Shown piece by piece: positions 12,601-24,491 of a stretch of DNA of 52,246 bases; the stretch's first letter is position 1, and each line of letters starts with the position of its first letter. Position numbers and translations under genes: made by a program. This DNA comes from Perkinsus olseni (Eukaryota): the NCBI GenBank assembly GCA_013115125.1, contig JABANN010000217.1:1-52246 (forward strand). Reading direction: 5' to 3'. The notes below the pieces were generated by a model that ran no database searches, was not told the DNA's origin, and saw nothing but the letters and a program-made list of their open reading frames with translations.

Positions 12601-15600
12601 GCAGTTTTTGCCCGAGCGGTCCGCGAGACCCTCCTTCTGATCCCGCTCCTCGCTGCATGCGAAGTTGTGAGTCCACGTTGCGGTGTCCGACGGCCTCTCG
12701 TACGTTGCGGCGCTTGCATGATAGTATTAGGCTTACCCCAGGTTCTTTTCATCGCTACTATGGGAGCTGATAACTTCCAAGACTTCGCAGAGTCGTTCTT
12801 CGTCGAGCTCCTACTGAAGATCGCTGATCGCTTAGTATTCGGTTCAGTGTTCCAATGGATCGATTACTACGCCGCTGCCACTGTGGAATGGCTAAGTGAG
12901 ATGACATGAAACTGGCGGCCCGCCAGTGGCGGGCGTTGATGTCGTTGCCACTCTTTTTGCTGTTTCCGTTCCCTTCGCAACTATGCGCACAATCTCTGTA
13001 TCGAACCGACCGTCAGCATGCCGCAACGAGTGTGTCGCCCCTCCTATCACCTTCAACCGTAGCCGAGAGTTACTCTGCTTCTGGTCGCGCTGCGGCGAAT
13101 CGGGCTGACTTCCCTTGAGTCTCAGGATTTTCGCTCACTGGATATAACTTCAATTCCTCGGCACAATATGTATCACTATTTCTCGCGTCCGTTTACCACA
13201 TGATGATGAGATTATCCCGGCTCCGTAGGAACTCGCTCTTTCCTCTGGAGCGCACTTCTCGCTATCGGAGACCCCAGGCGCAGCAAAACGAGTGTCAAAG
13301 CGGCTGACGATATCGGTCGAGAAGTTCCAGGATTGAAGTTTGCTAGTCGCGCAGGGAAGTCCACGCAGGGTAAGAGAGAGCTTGCTCCGTTTCTTCTGCA
13401 TATTTACCTTTCTTCAGCTCAACAGGCCACACCTGCGGAGAACGCTTCTCTCGGTGAGAAGCAAGACGAAGGACACGAACATCCAAGCGCCATAGAAGAG
13501 GCTATAGAGGAGCATGTCAGGGGCGGCAGCACAGCAATGAGTAAGCTGGCAACTTGTGTGAAGAGCGCAGAGTTGTTGGTGCGACGAATCATGGATCAAG
13601 ACGAGCGAGACACTCGTCAGGGCAGCGACACATTGATCTGACCATTGTACAGGAGATGGTGGCGAACTTCGTAGCGTGTGATAGAACAAGCTACGGGTTG
13701 GTCCATCGTCAAATGGCTTTCGTGACGATTCTTCTCTCGATACATAAGGAGTATTCAACTTTTCCTGGAGGGTGGGTTAGCTGATGTATCGTCGACAGTT
13801 TGGCCGAGTGGTCTAAGGCGCTGGCTTAAGGCGCCAGTCCGAAAGGGCGTGGGTTCGAACCCCACAGCTGTCAGTCTTGTCGCATTCTCGTTATCGTTTT
13901 CATTATGATTCTAATTCTTGATGAGCACCCCGTGTAAATGTCGTTGTTTCTCATTCTATCATAGGTAGAGACGGGATGCAGCTCGTGCCAGGTACCATCC
14001 TGGCTCCAATGGTCATAGCCTTCATTATCGCCTTTCCCACAGCCACAGAGGTGCCGCAGCAATACGATATTCGCAATGGAGATCTCATGTGAGCCTGCCA
14101 CGTCTTGACGCTCGTCCAGGGCCATGCTTGCTGTAGCATCCGAGTAGCGTATCGTACTTCGCGGTATTGCTGACTGCAATAGTGTGCTGGCTCAGAACTA
14201 CTAATGGTTCCATTCGGACGCTGATTTGGTCGGTATTGGCCAGATACTATATGCTGTTTGGTGTTGTTATCGTCCCTTTCCAAGTCGGAATGGACATTCT
14301 CATGAATCATGCCACCGAGCTAGCCCATGGGGTAAAGTACAGTCGTGCCGCTCCTGCTTTCCGGTTCGGGCACGTGAGCATGGCCATCACACTGCTGTAC
14401 CAGGTGAAAATCTACGACTATATGCTCTATGCGAAGTGGAGATGGCGCAATAGATTAACTAGATGGCTTTTTGACGATCCCAGATTCGACCAAAGCATCG
14501 GAGAGCAGGTGAGCGTCTAAGGAGGAGTTGACGCGGCATACAATTTCTGAGGTTGCACAAGCTTCGTTTTTATGAGTCGCATACGCAGTGGTTGAGCAAA
14601 AGCTTCACGGTGTCTCAATTTCGAAGAGCCGGCGCAGGCAGCAGCTTCCTCTTGCTAGGTTCAAGGAGTCAATCATCTCTGCTTCTCGCCCCAGTTCTAC
14701 TTTATAGTAGCCTACTATACCTGGGGTATGATCATGACCTTACTCGGTATCACTACCTTGCTGAGAAAGCAGGCAAATCCTTTCGAGGTGAGTTCACGAT
14801 ACTCTGATTGACCGTCTTCGGACAGCGAATGATTCCTTCTCGGACGTTTATAGAAGTTGACCGGAATTTAACTGTGATCGGAATTTAAGGTCAATTTTCA
14901 GGATCCGGCATTCGTTTACTACATAGCACAGCAATACATTGCGAATAGGATACTGGATAGCACAATCAGATGGATGACGTTCCACGTGAGTTGAATGATG
15001 TTGAAGGGCCTGCTTGGACCTGACGCGGTCGGCGGTCTTAGTGCTCGGCCAGCTGAGCTGGCCCAGCTCTATGCTTGCTCGTCTTGCTTCATCCAGTCTG
15101 AGTGTGCCAGTTGTTGTGGAAGCCCCGGGATAACGCCTCGGCCAAGGCCTTTGCAGCCAGTATCAAACTCGGTCTCAAACAAAAGGAAATGCAGACTCGT
15201 ACCTCAGAATTCAGGTAGCTGATCCGCCATGCTGCCGTTCGATCGGATCGGGAGCTCTTAACTAGTCTTGTCCTAGGGAGAACTTTTTCCACCGTCATAA
15301 AGAGTGGATTCTTTCCAATGTCGGTCTAATATTCACGCCGAGACACAGTCGTCAGAGGTGAGATCCTCGTTGGGTTTGGTTACCCACCTGCCAGGGTAAC
15401 GTTCTCATTCTCAGGTACAGGGCACAGCTCAGTGGGATGTACCAGAATCTGCTCAGTCTGCAGAGTCCTTTCGAGTAGGCACCTCAAGGGCTGCAACCTC
15501 ATCGGAGTGTCCTCGAAAAACAAGTGCCATGGTCTTCCGGGGTTCAGGTATCGCATGCCAGATGAAGACCTTCTGGCGGGTCGTATTCAGTCCGGGCTGC

Positions 15601-16501
15601 CAGGTAGGCGGCCTTCGGCGCACTCGGAGCTGAAAGCGTCACCGTCAAGCTCGTGAATTGGTGAAGATGGGCGAATCGTGGTTGTACCTCAGGAGACGAA
15701 GCGGGTGATATTCTCCCAATTGATGATGGCGAGGAGAGTGATTATGAGCTACTCGGCGATGCATTGGTGAGTCGCCGTCATTTGGCCAAGTGCAACGTTC
15801 TCTGCTGAGTGACCGCGATGACCGAGCTTGGCCGGCAGGAGCTCGACAATCCTCTATGAGCCTGGAGTTTCTGTCGACGCGTTGAGATAATTTCCCCAAC
15901 TCGCATCCGTGTCGCAGTCGCGAAGCAGGTAACTGCTGGTAAGAGGCTCACCGAGGACGAAGAACGCAGAGCTCAGCGTCTAGAGGATGAAGCTGTCAAT
16001 GAGGTCCGACTGAAGCTCCCCCAGGGAGTAACCACGCTCGGCTGGGCTGCTCTGGAGAGTTGGTACACAGTCGCACGGCAGAGGATAAAGGTGAAAAAAT
16101 TTAAATGATATTGGCTAACGCTTCCAGTTAACCCGAATTTCCGCAGGGCGGCGTCATTTCCCAGCGTCTTGGACTGCCGTCCGCGTCACGGTCGAAGTAT
16201 CAACCAGGTGGGAGCCAGCTTTTGCCGCCTGCAATTATAGCGGAGAACGACGAGGTGAACTTTTTCGTGCGAGAGTCGCGAGCGAGATCGCGGTCTTTGT
16301 ACTCCAGATCGCGGAACTTGACCCTTATCCAGATTGGCTGACGGCAAATATCACACTCGCGTCGAAGGAGATGCTACTACATTGGGCGAAGGAAGCCCGG
16401 TAAGCACCGTATATAGCCGTCGTATATACCGTAGCTGAGGATTTGTTATTTTGTTCACTGTTATCAGTGCTCGTCTGAAGAACCGACATCGAAAGTCTTG
16501 A
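653..16501 (+). CDS. Giant multi-exon membrane protein: signal peptide, several IPT/TIG repeats, cysteine-rich (GCC2/GCC3, ephrin-receptor-like) repeats, C-terminal multipass TM region
   Basis: Hydrophobic N-terminus (ILGTALIFLVLAT). IPT-like exons (PPLGSVVGGGSVTVSGRHF; LGGANVTIRGTNF; YPTRGYFSGGTEILVNG). Cys repeats (ECPPGFYCPPGS; CKPGTYQDEIGQVTCKACPDGHECT; PCEPGYYCK; CPAGFYCKQATG). Hydrophobic exons at 11480-14420. Dozens of GT-AG introns join these in frame; last exon reads ARLKNRHRKS-TGA(16499-16501). Could be two genes. Confidence 0.7.
2706..2777 (+). tRNA. trnH-GUG: tRNA-His(GTG), nested in intron 2651-2812 of the first gene
   Basis: Acceptor GTCGCTA/TAGCGAC; D-loop AGTGGTTA; anticodon arm TCACG-TTGTGGC-CGTGA; T-arm CCCGG-TTCAAAT-CCGGG; followed by a T-run. 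Confidence 0.95.
13794..13873 (+). tRNA. trnL-AAG: tRNA-Leu(AAG), nested in intron ~13772-13964 of the first gene
   Basis: Acceptor GACAGTT/AGCTGTC+A; A-box TGGCCGAGTGG; anticodon arm CTGGC-TTAAGGC-GCCAG; long variable arm TCC-GAAA-GGG; T-arm GTGGG-TTCGAAC-CCCAC. Confidence 0.97.
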
Positions 16502-16816
16502 ACATGCTGCGGCACAAACGCCTGTGATTAGACATCATTTGACCAGTCGTTCTATACATACCGTTCTGCGTTAGTCTGCGTTCAATCGGAAGTGTGTATC
16601 ATACTTTACGGGTTTCCGCTTTCCGCTGCTTCACATGGAAAAACTCGAATTAAATATTATCAACGCCCGAGTGCTCTCTGGGAAGTTGGTTGAAGCCGGG
16701 AGGATAATTGAACGATAGAGTCCTGAGAACCTATATGCAGTCAGGTCTCCCTGAGGTTCATCAGTACTCTGCAGTTGATCGACGCTTGTCATTGAATCCC
16801 CCTCCGTTCTGTGATT

Positions 16817-19090
16817 ATGACCGTGGGTGACATCGTGGTGGATCCAGAAACCATGAGGCCTAAGGCTGGTGAACAGCATATCCAGCTAGTTGGGCTGCTC
16901 AAGCAGTCGCTGAAATCGGGCTGGTCTCTGCCCGTATTGAAGACGGTAGATGACGTCACTTTCGCAGATGCCGAATCTATTATGCGTCCCGCTGCTGGGT
17001 CGCTGGACGACGAGCCTAGCGTATCAGGCGTCGTTCTCGCGGTTACATGCGCCCTGCGGCCTCGCGGGAGTGCGGGCTCAGTTGTGTGGGTTCTACATCT
17101 TGCCGATAGCGACGTTCCGGTTGCTTTTAAAGGAGCCAGCAATATCGTGAACCGCAATTGTCTCTGCCCAGGGTCTCCGGTCGAGATCGTTGGGGCCCTC
17201 AAGCGAGGGTCTGTGCCCGCAGGCGGGCGAAGGCGCGATATACACTTGGCCGAGTCGAAGGTCTCGATTCGTCGTCTAGGCGATGGTCATGTTGGATTGA
17301 AGATAACAATAACTTATGTTTTGCCTGGTGGTGCTGTCCTGGGGAGCGGTCCACACAACGAGTTGACTTTGGTGTGCCTCCATCAATGGTGCCGCTGCCA
17401 GAGCGAAGTTTTATGTCCCAAGATGGTTATCGAGTGCTACGGTCTAACCGAGGTTCCGAGCAAATCGTCGCCCGTATCGAGAATTCTGATGGCGGATATT
17501 CACTCGACGGTCATTATGCGATCGGTAGATGATGTTCAGGAGAGAAGGGCGAAGCTTGACCCGCTCTACAAGCTAGTAACAGGGCTCCCTGCTAGCGTTC
17601 ACGAGGGGTGCCCATTGCATGCGGCGAGAGCTCTGTGTCACCATCTGGACCCTCACATTAATAGCGGGCCGGCATCTAGAGGGTCGTGTACAAATCAGGC
17701 CCCGGCATTAGGTTATGCTTCTCTACTATCGCGACCCGAGCCGGTCCGTCCTTCGTGCGATATTGCGCCAATCACTTTCCGCGAGCTGCCTGCTTGCTGG
17801 CGTCGGCAGATCTTCGAGTGCGCTCGAAACATGATGGCACAGGAGCCGTTCAAAGTTGCTCGGGCGCCCTCAGTGAGCACCTACAGTCTAGCTACTGGTT
17901 TACCGTGCCGGAATGCTGTAGGGATACATGTTGGAGGGCCCGTGGTCGTGGGGAGCTGCGTTCCCCCTGATGCCCTCACTGACAAGAACGGAGTGGTGGT
18001 ACGTTGTGCGAAAGGTGTCTGCTACTTCCAATGCTCTGACGGGACGTTAGGACACAGCAAGGGGGACCCCCGTCCTGCGATGTCTGTCATCGGTCGGCTC
18101 TCAGACCAGGAAGAGAAGTTGGCATTATCTCACGCAGCTTCCCTTCATCCGCTCCTTGATACAGTGGAAGAGGTCTCCCGCATGCCCCCCTCGTCACCGT
18201 TCACTCTGAAGGCCGTGGTAATTTGTGAAATACTGCACAGAAACTTGTCACGTGCCCCAGACGTTCTTCTCGCCAACGTGAACGCCGAGGGATGGGACGT
18301 GGCAATTCAAGATGTAGCACCTACTGGACGGCTGTTGCGAGTGTGGATCTCGAGAGCTCAGTTGAAACGGGAAATTCCCGTGCCCTCCCTGGTGGACATT
18401 TCAGATGCGGTCTTACTCATGAACGACTTTGTACCTGAGCGGCATACTGCTGGGCCTTTCCGCCCAGTTTTCGCAATTCTGTTGCCAACTGGCTTCGTTG
18501 ATCTGCGATGGCCTCGACTTCCTCTTGCGATGTTCCCGCATGCGTCGCCTGAGGCTTTCTGGGTAGCGGGGCGAGTGTCTTGGCTGAGAGAGATCGACGC
18601 GTTCACAACTTGTTGTAACTGTGGGGATAAGATATATCTCCTCTCTGCTTGCTCATGCTCCAGAATCCGTTTGGTATCGGTTGCGGACCTTCCCTTAGAC
18701 AACTTGGAGATATCGTGGGTTGCCAAAGGGGAGATTGAGAACGACATGGGTTTTTGCTTCGAAGCGACCTTCGTCGGTGAAGCAGCTCTTGCGGTCTGTG
18801 CCGACTCCTCCCTCAGTGAATCGCAGAGCGATGGGATCAAGCGTTTTATCGTCGCGGATGGGGGTGGGACTGCGGTGCTCGCCAGTAGAGAGTCGAGAGA
18901 ATCGAAGTGGGACGCAGAATACCTGGGCTTCACTTTTCCCGAACAGATTCGAGGGAAGTTCTGCTTTAGAGGTGAGCGTCGGGAAGATGGTCTTTATGTA
19001 GACCGATCGAAGAAATTCGAGGCGTATCGGGGAGGTACCTACGCCAGGCTTGAGAAGAATTGCTTCCGTATGTTGGAAAGGGTGGAATAA
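16817..19090 (+). CDS. Intronless ~757-aa protein, probably multi-OB-fold; CTC1-like (CST complex) candidate
   Basis: Uninterrupted 2.27 kb ORF (first ATG 16817). C-terminal GRVSWLREIDAFTTCCNC...CSC...EISWVAKGEIENDMG matches the OB-fold + Zn-ribbon pattern of CTC1/RPA1 C-termini, by visual comparison only. Coding status is secure; identity is tentative. Confidence 0.6.
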   Translation: MTVGDIVVDPETMRPKAGEQHIQLVGLLKQSLKSGWSLPVLKTVDDVTFADAESIMRPAAGSLDDEPSVSGVVLAVTCALRPRGSAGSVVWVLHLADSDVPVAFKGASNIVNRNCLCPGSPVEIVGALKRGSVPAGGRRRDIHLAESKVSIRRLGDGHVGLKITITYVLPGGAVLGSGPHNELTLVCLHQWCRCQSEVLCPKMVIECYGLTEVPSKSSPVSRILMADIHSTVIMRSVDDVQERRAKLDPLYKLVTGLPASVHEGCPLHAARALCHHLDPHINSGPASRGSCTNQAPALGYASLLSRPEPVRPSCDIAPITFRELPACWRRQIFECARNMMAQEPFKVARAPSVSTYSLATGLPCRNAVGIHVGGPVVVGSCVPPDALTDKNGVVVRCAKGVCYFQCSDGTLGHSKGDPRPAMSVIGRLSDQEEKLALSHAASLHPLLDTVEEVSRMPPSSPFTLKAVVICEILHRNLSRAPDVLLANVNAEGWDVAIQDVAPTGRLLRVWISRAQLKREIPVPSLVDISDAVLLMNDFVPERHTAGPFRPVFAILLPTGFVDLRWPRLPLAMFPHASPEAFWVAGRVSWLREIDAFTTCCNCGDKIYLLSACSCSRIRLVSVADLPLDNLEISWVAKGEIENDMGFCFEATFVGEAALAVCADSSLSESQSDGIKRFIVADGGGTAVLASRESRESKWDAEYLGFTFPEQIRGKFCFRGERREDGLYVDRSKKFEAYRGGTYARLEKNCFRMLERVE

Positions 19091-19254
19091 CACGGACTGA
19101 CAGAGTTCGCTAATTAGTTTCTCTGACCCTGCTCGGCTTGGGTGCTAGTGCATAGACTGGGGGGAGGGATAGAGGGGAGCTGCTCCCTGGGAGCAGGAGA
19201 CAGGGAAGGGAAGGGTGGAAGTAAGCCCGATATTCATCAGACTCGACGAGTCGA

Positions 19255-19869
19255 TCAACGGAAGTCCCGTTTGAACGTCGATCTCGTTTGATCTTTGCTT
19301 ACACAAAGCGAGCCGTCCGCTCGGAGCGGATTACGGAACCCAATCTGGTCAATAATAAGACCGAAAGCAGACCGCAGGAGACGCTCAGGGCTGTCAAGTA
19401 CTGCTTGTAGCAAGCAACAGCAACAGGCCTTCAATATCCAGATATTTCGTGAGCTCACCACGTACTGAAGGACTGTTACAGGGCAACAGATACTTTTACT
19501 AGTTTCTGGCAGATGACCCATACAACTTAGACAGCTGTATCAATTCCCCAAAGAGATAAGAAATAGATCGTGCCTCACTGCGATCCCTGAAGCACTGGGC
19601 ACCAGCTGGCAACGGAAGAGTACTCACAGGTTTGCTCGAGGTTTGTTAACGGCGCGAACGTCATTAACATCGTCAGGATCAGTACTACCGCCAAATAGAT
19701 GCACAACACTGGAAGCATGCACCTCATGATTATCTGAATCAGGCAGCAGTGTGATATCGACGATATCATACTTTGCCGCTCGGGACATTCTCCGGAGAAA
19801 GATCCTGCCGGGGAGAATGGCGTAGAATGCAGTGGACATGCGGCCACAGTCAAAACGGACCATCACCAT
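19255..19869 (-). CDS. Possible small spliced hypothetical gene or relic
   Basis: Protein-like ORF 19624-19869 ends at a GTGAGT donor; downstream ORF 19255-19521 has CAG acceptors; no recognisable domain. Confidence 0.3.
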
Positions 19870-20110
19870 AAATTGCTGAGACTAATACGTCCGACAGGAG
19901 TCGAATGATCCATCCGCAGACTGTTAAACTTTCCTTCGTCGCTCTCCATCGCGTCCTTCATCCAAAGATCCATCCAGATGATGAGGCGATCCTATTCGCC
20001 GCTATCGAGTTACACGGTAGACCGACTCGCGCCACCGACATGCACATTAGCAGGTGAGATAGTTTTCCACTGGTAGCAGGAGCCTCCCCTATAGCCTACA
20101 GCGGCAGGAA

Positions 20111-20376
20111 CTGATCCCTATAGCCTATAGGGATCAGGGCCTGCCGCTGCGCAGAAACCTGCTTGAGAGGTTCCTGAATCTGTGCCCGGGGAGATCGACA
20201 TCGCGGTTCGGCAGCCGAACTTCGGCTTGCTCCGCCTTGAAGCCCACCCGCGGCGGGTGACCCGCCCTCGCAGCGAGTCTCGCTTCATTGCTCTCCTACT
20301 AGGAGAGCAATGAAGCGAGACTCGCCGCTTTTGTAACAAAACTTCCTGCTAGGAGACTCCTAGCGGGAAGTTTTGT
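20111..20376. repeat. Cluster of long palindromes with single-nucleotide spacers
   Basis: 13-bp arms at 20111-20137; perfect 26-bp arms at 20273-20325; 20-bp arms (1 mismatch) at 20336-20376. Confidence 0.92.
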
Positions 20377-23300
20377 ACGTTCAACGTTATCATATGAACG
20401 CTAGAAGAGGAAGAATGGCGTGACTGACCGCATTCGGCTGAGTCATCGAGATTGACCACCGTGGGGGAGGGTGACTCCCGCCGTGATTCTGGAGCATTGA
20501 GGCCGTACCCGAAACAAGTGGTCGACTGTCGAGCCTCGCCGAGGCTGCCTCGGCACTATGCAATCTTACTATGTTTCAGCCAAATAAATTCGAGGAGCCC
20601 TTCAGAAGGGCTAAGAAGGGCCCCTTCTTATAGTCCCAGGCGATAGTGGTTTCGTCGAACAGTTGTGTTGCCTAAGGCAACTTGCCTTCAGTTGTCTAGC
20701 TCGAAAAGTGAAGCTCGATTACTGTAGACGACAAGCCATAATAATTTAGCATCTGCATGTGGAGCTCCAAGTCGGGATAGACTGAGAAAGTCCCTGAAGT
20801 TGAGGGCCGCAACAAAGAACTATGTCGGGCCTGTGATTTACACATGCCAAGTCCACAGAAGAGTGCGCGGCGTGCTGAGCAAGACGTAGTAAACCTCGTT
20901 TAACAAAGGTTGATAACGTTGGAAACGTCCAACATCCAATGGAGAGTGACTCGTTGATATTGGGGTTTCCCCGAATACCCGAGGGAACCCCGATCAGATT
21001 TTGAGCACCCACTGGGAGACAACCAGCTAGCGCATAAATTTCACGAGAAACAGCAAGTCAAGTACGAGTAAGACAATCAGGACATGTTGGTGCTCATCGT
21101 GTTTCTTGTAGTAGATATGTTATTAATGGTCAATATTATCGTATAGATCGTTGTGATACATAAGGACATGAAAATATACAGATAAACATATGAATATATA
21201 TGAAAGGACATTAACTCCTACATTCACAATACTCTGAACACGAGACCACCTGAGATAATTAATGATGCGTCTCCTCAGGAGACTCTCTTGTACGACATCT
21301 AATTATGTGTCTGATAAGACCGAAGAGCTTAGATTTCCGGCTGCCCGTGTCCTCTCAGCATTCCGCGTAAAGCCGCATGACCGACTCACGTTCCCTCCCT
21401 CAACATTCCGGGTTGAACGGCTCGACCGACTGTTAATATTAACAGTGGACCTAACTAGATTGCCTGGTTACGGCATACATAGACGATGTAACATCGGAGG
21501 TCAAGCGTTGAGGATTGACGACTTTCATCTGCGGATGTCCCACCAGGAGGGGGTTTCTCAGAAACCGTTTCGGCTCCCAGGATCTATTCATCAAGTTCGT
21601 TCAATGATTCATGATGGGCTAGGATGAGCGACGGCTATGCCAGATAGAATCCCGGAGCATCAGTTTCGCATGTGCTATAGTTAGTTAACGGCTGCGTAAC
21701 ACCGCAAGGCTTAGTTGCTGCACACAAGGTGTGCCTTGCGTGCTCGTTCGCTACCCATTGTGAAACCAAGGTCTCTACAGGTGCCGCACGTTAAGACACT
21801 GTGCTTAAAACGACGTATGTGGTGCCGTAGCATGTGAGGCTGTTCAGCAGAAGTTGGGGCACCGTCCACTTGAACCGGCTCCGTTAGTTCAGTAATCTCA
21901 TACGCGTTGCGGACACTTTTGTGGCCTACAATCGAAACTGGGTTACTAGCCGTTAACCGCCGTTATCGCAGCCATTACAACTCATGGCTGTATCTGATTC
22001 TAGCGCTCGTCGCTAGCTATAGCATTGAATCAATTGAATCGGTTGAAGTACCGCATTCCTCTTCGCGCAACCTACTCCCGCGGACAACTCTTTTTGTGCG
22101 CGCATAATCTCTACTTGGTAATGCTCGCTCACGCCGATCCTCCTGCGTAGGACTACTACCAAGCATGTTGCGATTCACCATCACGCCAACTACGTTCTTC
22201 CGCTTGCACGATTGTTGCGCCCCTCACTTGCAACCCGTCGCATTATAATAGTATATCTCCGGTGCTAACAATTTGCTTCAAATTTATCAAATATTATCCC
22301 TTCCCGAGTGGTTCCCAGTTGCCACTGGCAACTCGCCAGTGATGGAGTGTGTAATTCTTCAGACTGTCTGCTCTGGAGTGGGCGATAAAGCCGCGTTTCC
22401 AGCAGAAGTGAAGCCCGACCTTCACCGTAAACGGTCAGCATCTACTAACACTCCCAAGAGTAGGTCCCTCGAATGCCACTGCCGTAGGTGAATAGCGGTT
22501 ATCGTCGGCACCATCGTTGCACTGAGTAGTACTACTAAAACGGCTACTACAGTAGTAGCCGATCAGCGCCGTACGAACATTTTCAGTTGCGTAGATTATC
22601 ATCACGCCAGCCGCCTTGCTGCTACGCACCGCTCTTGTTCGTAGTCTTGAATGAAGGATCTTGATGACGGCTGTGAGGGTTTGAAGATAATGCGACTGGA
22701 TCACGGATGGCAAGTATGTAGATGATGTTTTGGGTCAACTGCAGACTCCGAATCCAGTTCCAATGTCAGCTCACCACCCGTGGGTCCTCGCCGAGGACTC
22801 CTCGGCTAATGAGCACTTCATCGAAAGAAGTGGCGGAGTACGTGTACTGCGGCAGTGCTACTGCCCGCATAAAGCGCGAAACGACGATTTCCGTCTCTGT
22901 GAGCCGGTGACGGCTTTGCTCCGTGCCGCCGTAGCGAGATCGTTACAGAAGCTGGGCACGCATGGCCGGCGGCTATTGCCGCGGTTTAAGTGGGAAAGCT
23001 GCCCGTCGGGCATAGAGATGGTCGAGCTACCTGAGCGAATGTATCCGTCTTCCACCGGAACCTGAGCGAAACTTCGACAGGCGTCAAAGGGCTCTGCGAC
23101 GGGCTAAGAGGGCCAGGGCTAAGGAGCATCATGCTCCGAGCATGCACGCAGGGAGCTCGGGTATCTGAAGACTCCCACCGCAGCGTTCGAATATTATGCA
23201 AGGTTGATAGGAAGACAAGGCGCAGCCGAAGGCTGCGATGTGTCGGACTATCAACCGGTCAAAACCCGCAGAAATCAGGACGCTTCGGGGACAGCCTCCC

Positions 23301-24491
23301 CGTACATTGCGCGAAGGAACACAACGTGACAACTCGCGCGCCCAGTGCTCATTACTATGAAACGCTCGGGCCGCCGGCCCGGGGCCGGAGACATGAGTAT
23401 CGCTGGGGGCGCCTCCTCAGGAACGGTTCCTCGGCGCTCGATTGTGTGGGCCACAGAAGCTGCCTGCTCAAGTTGGTAGGGTGGGTGTCTGGCTCAATCA
23501 GCGGTCAGTGACATCGCCATCCGTCAGTCATCACCCACCAAATATGGCCACCCGCTCGGGTCGCGGTCTGTCCGCCTCTCTCTCACCCATTGTTTGGACA
23601 GTTCGTGATTTCGTTGCGGGTTTTGTCGGGGATGGCGTGCCGCTCGACGACAAACAATTCATCCTTTCCTCCCGGCAGAGGAAGTCGCGGACGGCCGATT
23701 CCCCACGGAAGAAGGGGGTCTCCGGGGCAGGCAGCCACGAGGAGGGGGATAGGCCGACGCGATAGAGGGGCCCCCACTCGCTCTCACCGTGGTTGAACCC
23801 TCCACCGAATCAGAGCTCTTGGACAGTGCGAGAGGAGTGAGGACATCATCATTTCTCAGATTGAACAGACTCGGTTCCGGTCACCGCAATGTAACTCACG
23901 ATAGAGAGGGAACCGCAGGACTTGCGTGAAATGTTCACTGGCTGATGTGAGCCAGCCCGACTCCTTCGGAAGGAGTCGGGAAGCTCTATCAGCCATTCGA
24001 CGGAGTCCTTCCATGCCTGGTAGGCTCACAACCTTCACCACCCCCTGGAACTCAAATAGCTCAGTTGGTCATGACGATTGCTGCACACGCGGTATGCCCC
24101 CGGTTCAACTCTCGGTTCCAGTAAATCCGTTGTGACGCGCTACCCATAGGCATCTCGGGTTGGGTTTTGTCGAATAAAGACTCGGAACATTAGCAGCAAC
24201 GATTACACAGGTGCTCAGGGGCTGCTAGTTATTCTTCCGACGAAGAAGTACAACAGAGACCATGAATCGCGCGGCGATCTGTGTGCCTCGAATCGACGAG
24301 GATTTCTGCAGTAGAGTTCGCTAATGAGCGACGCTCACGCTTGCCTGAAAAGCCGCAACGAGGATAGTCGCCGATCTGGTTCTCGCCGAGTGCCAAGATT
24401 GCCAGCTCTCCGCCACTGCTTATTCGTTCGACTGTAGCGCAAGTCCATAATACAAAGTCACAACCCCATCATTGCGGTGTATTCATGTAGC

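Noticed and set aside
13056-13064. ACCGTAGCC resembling the perkinsid/dinoflagellate spliced leader 5' end
   Set aside because: Only 9 nt match, the TTGGCTCAAG part is missing, and it appears to lie in coding sequence
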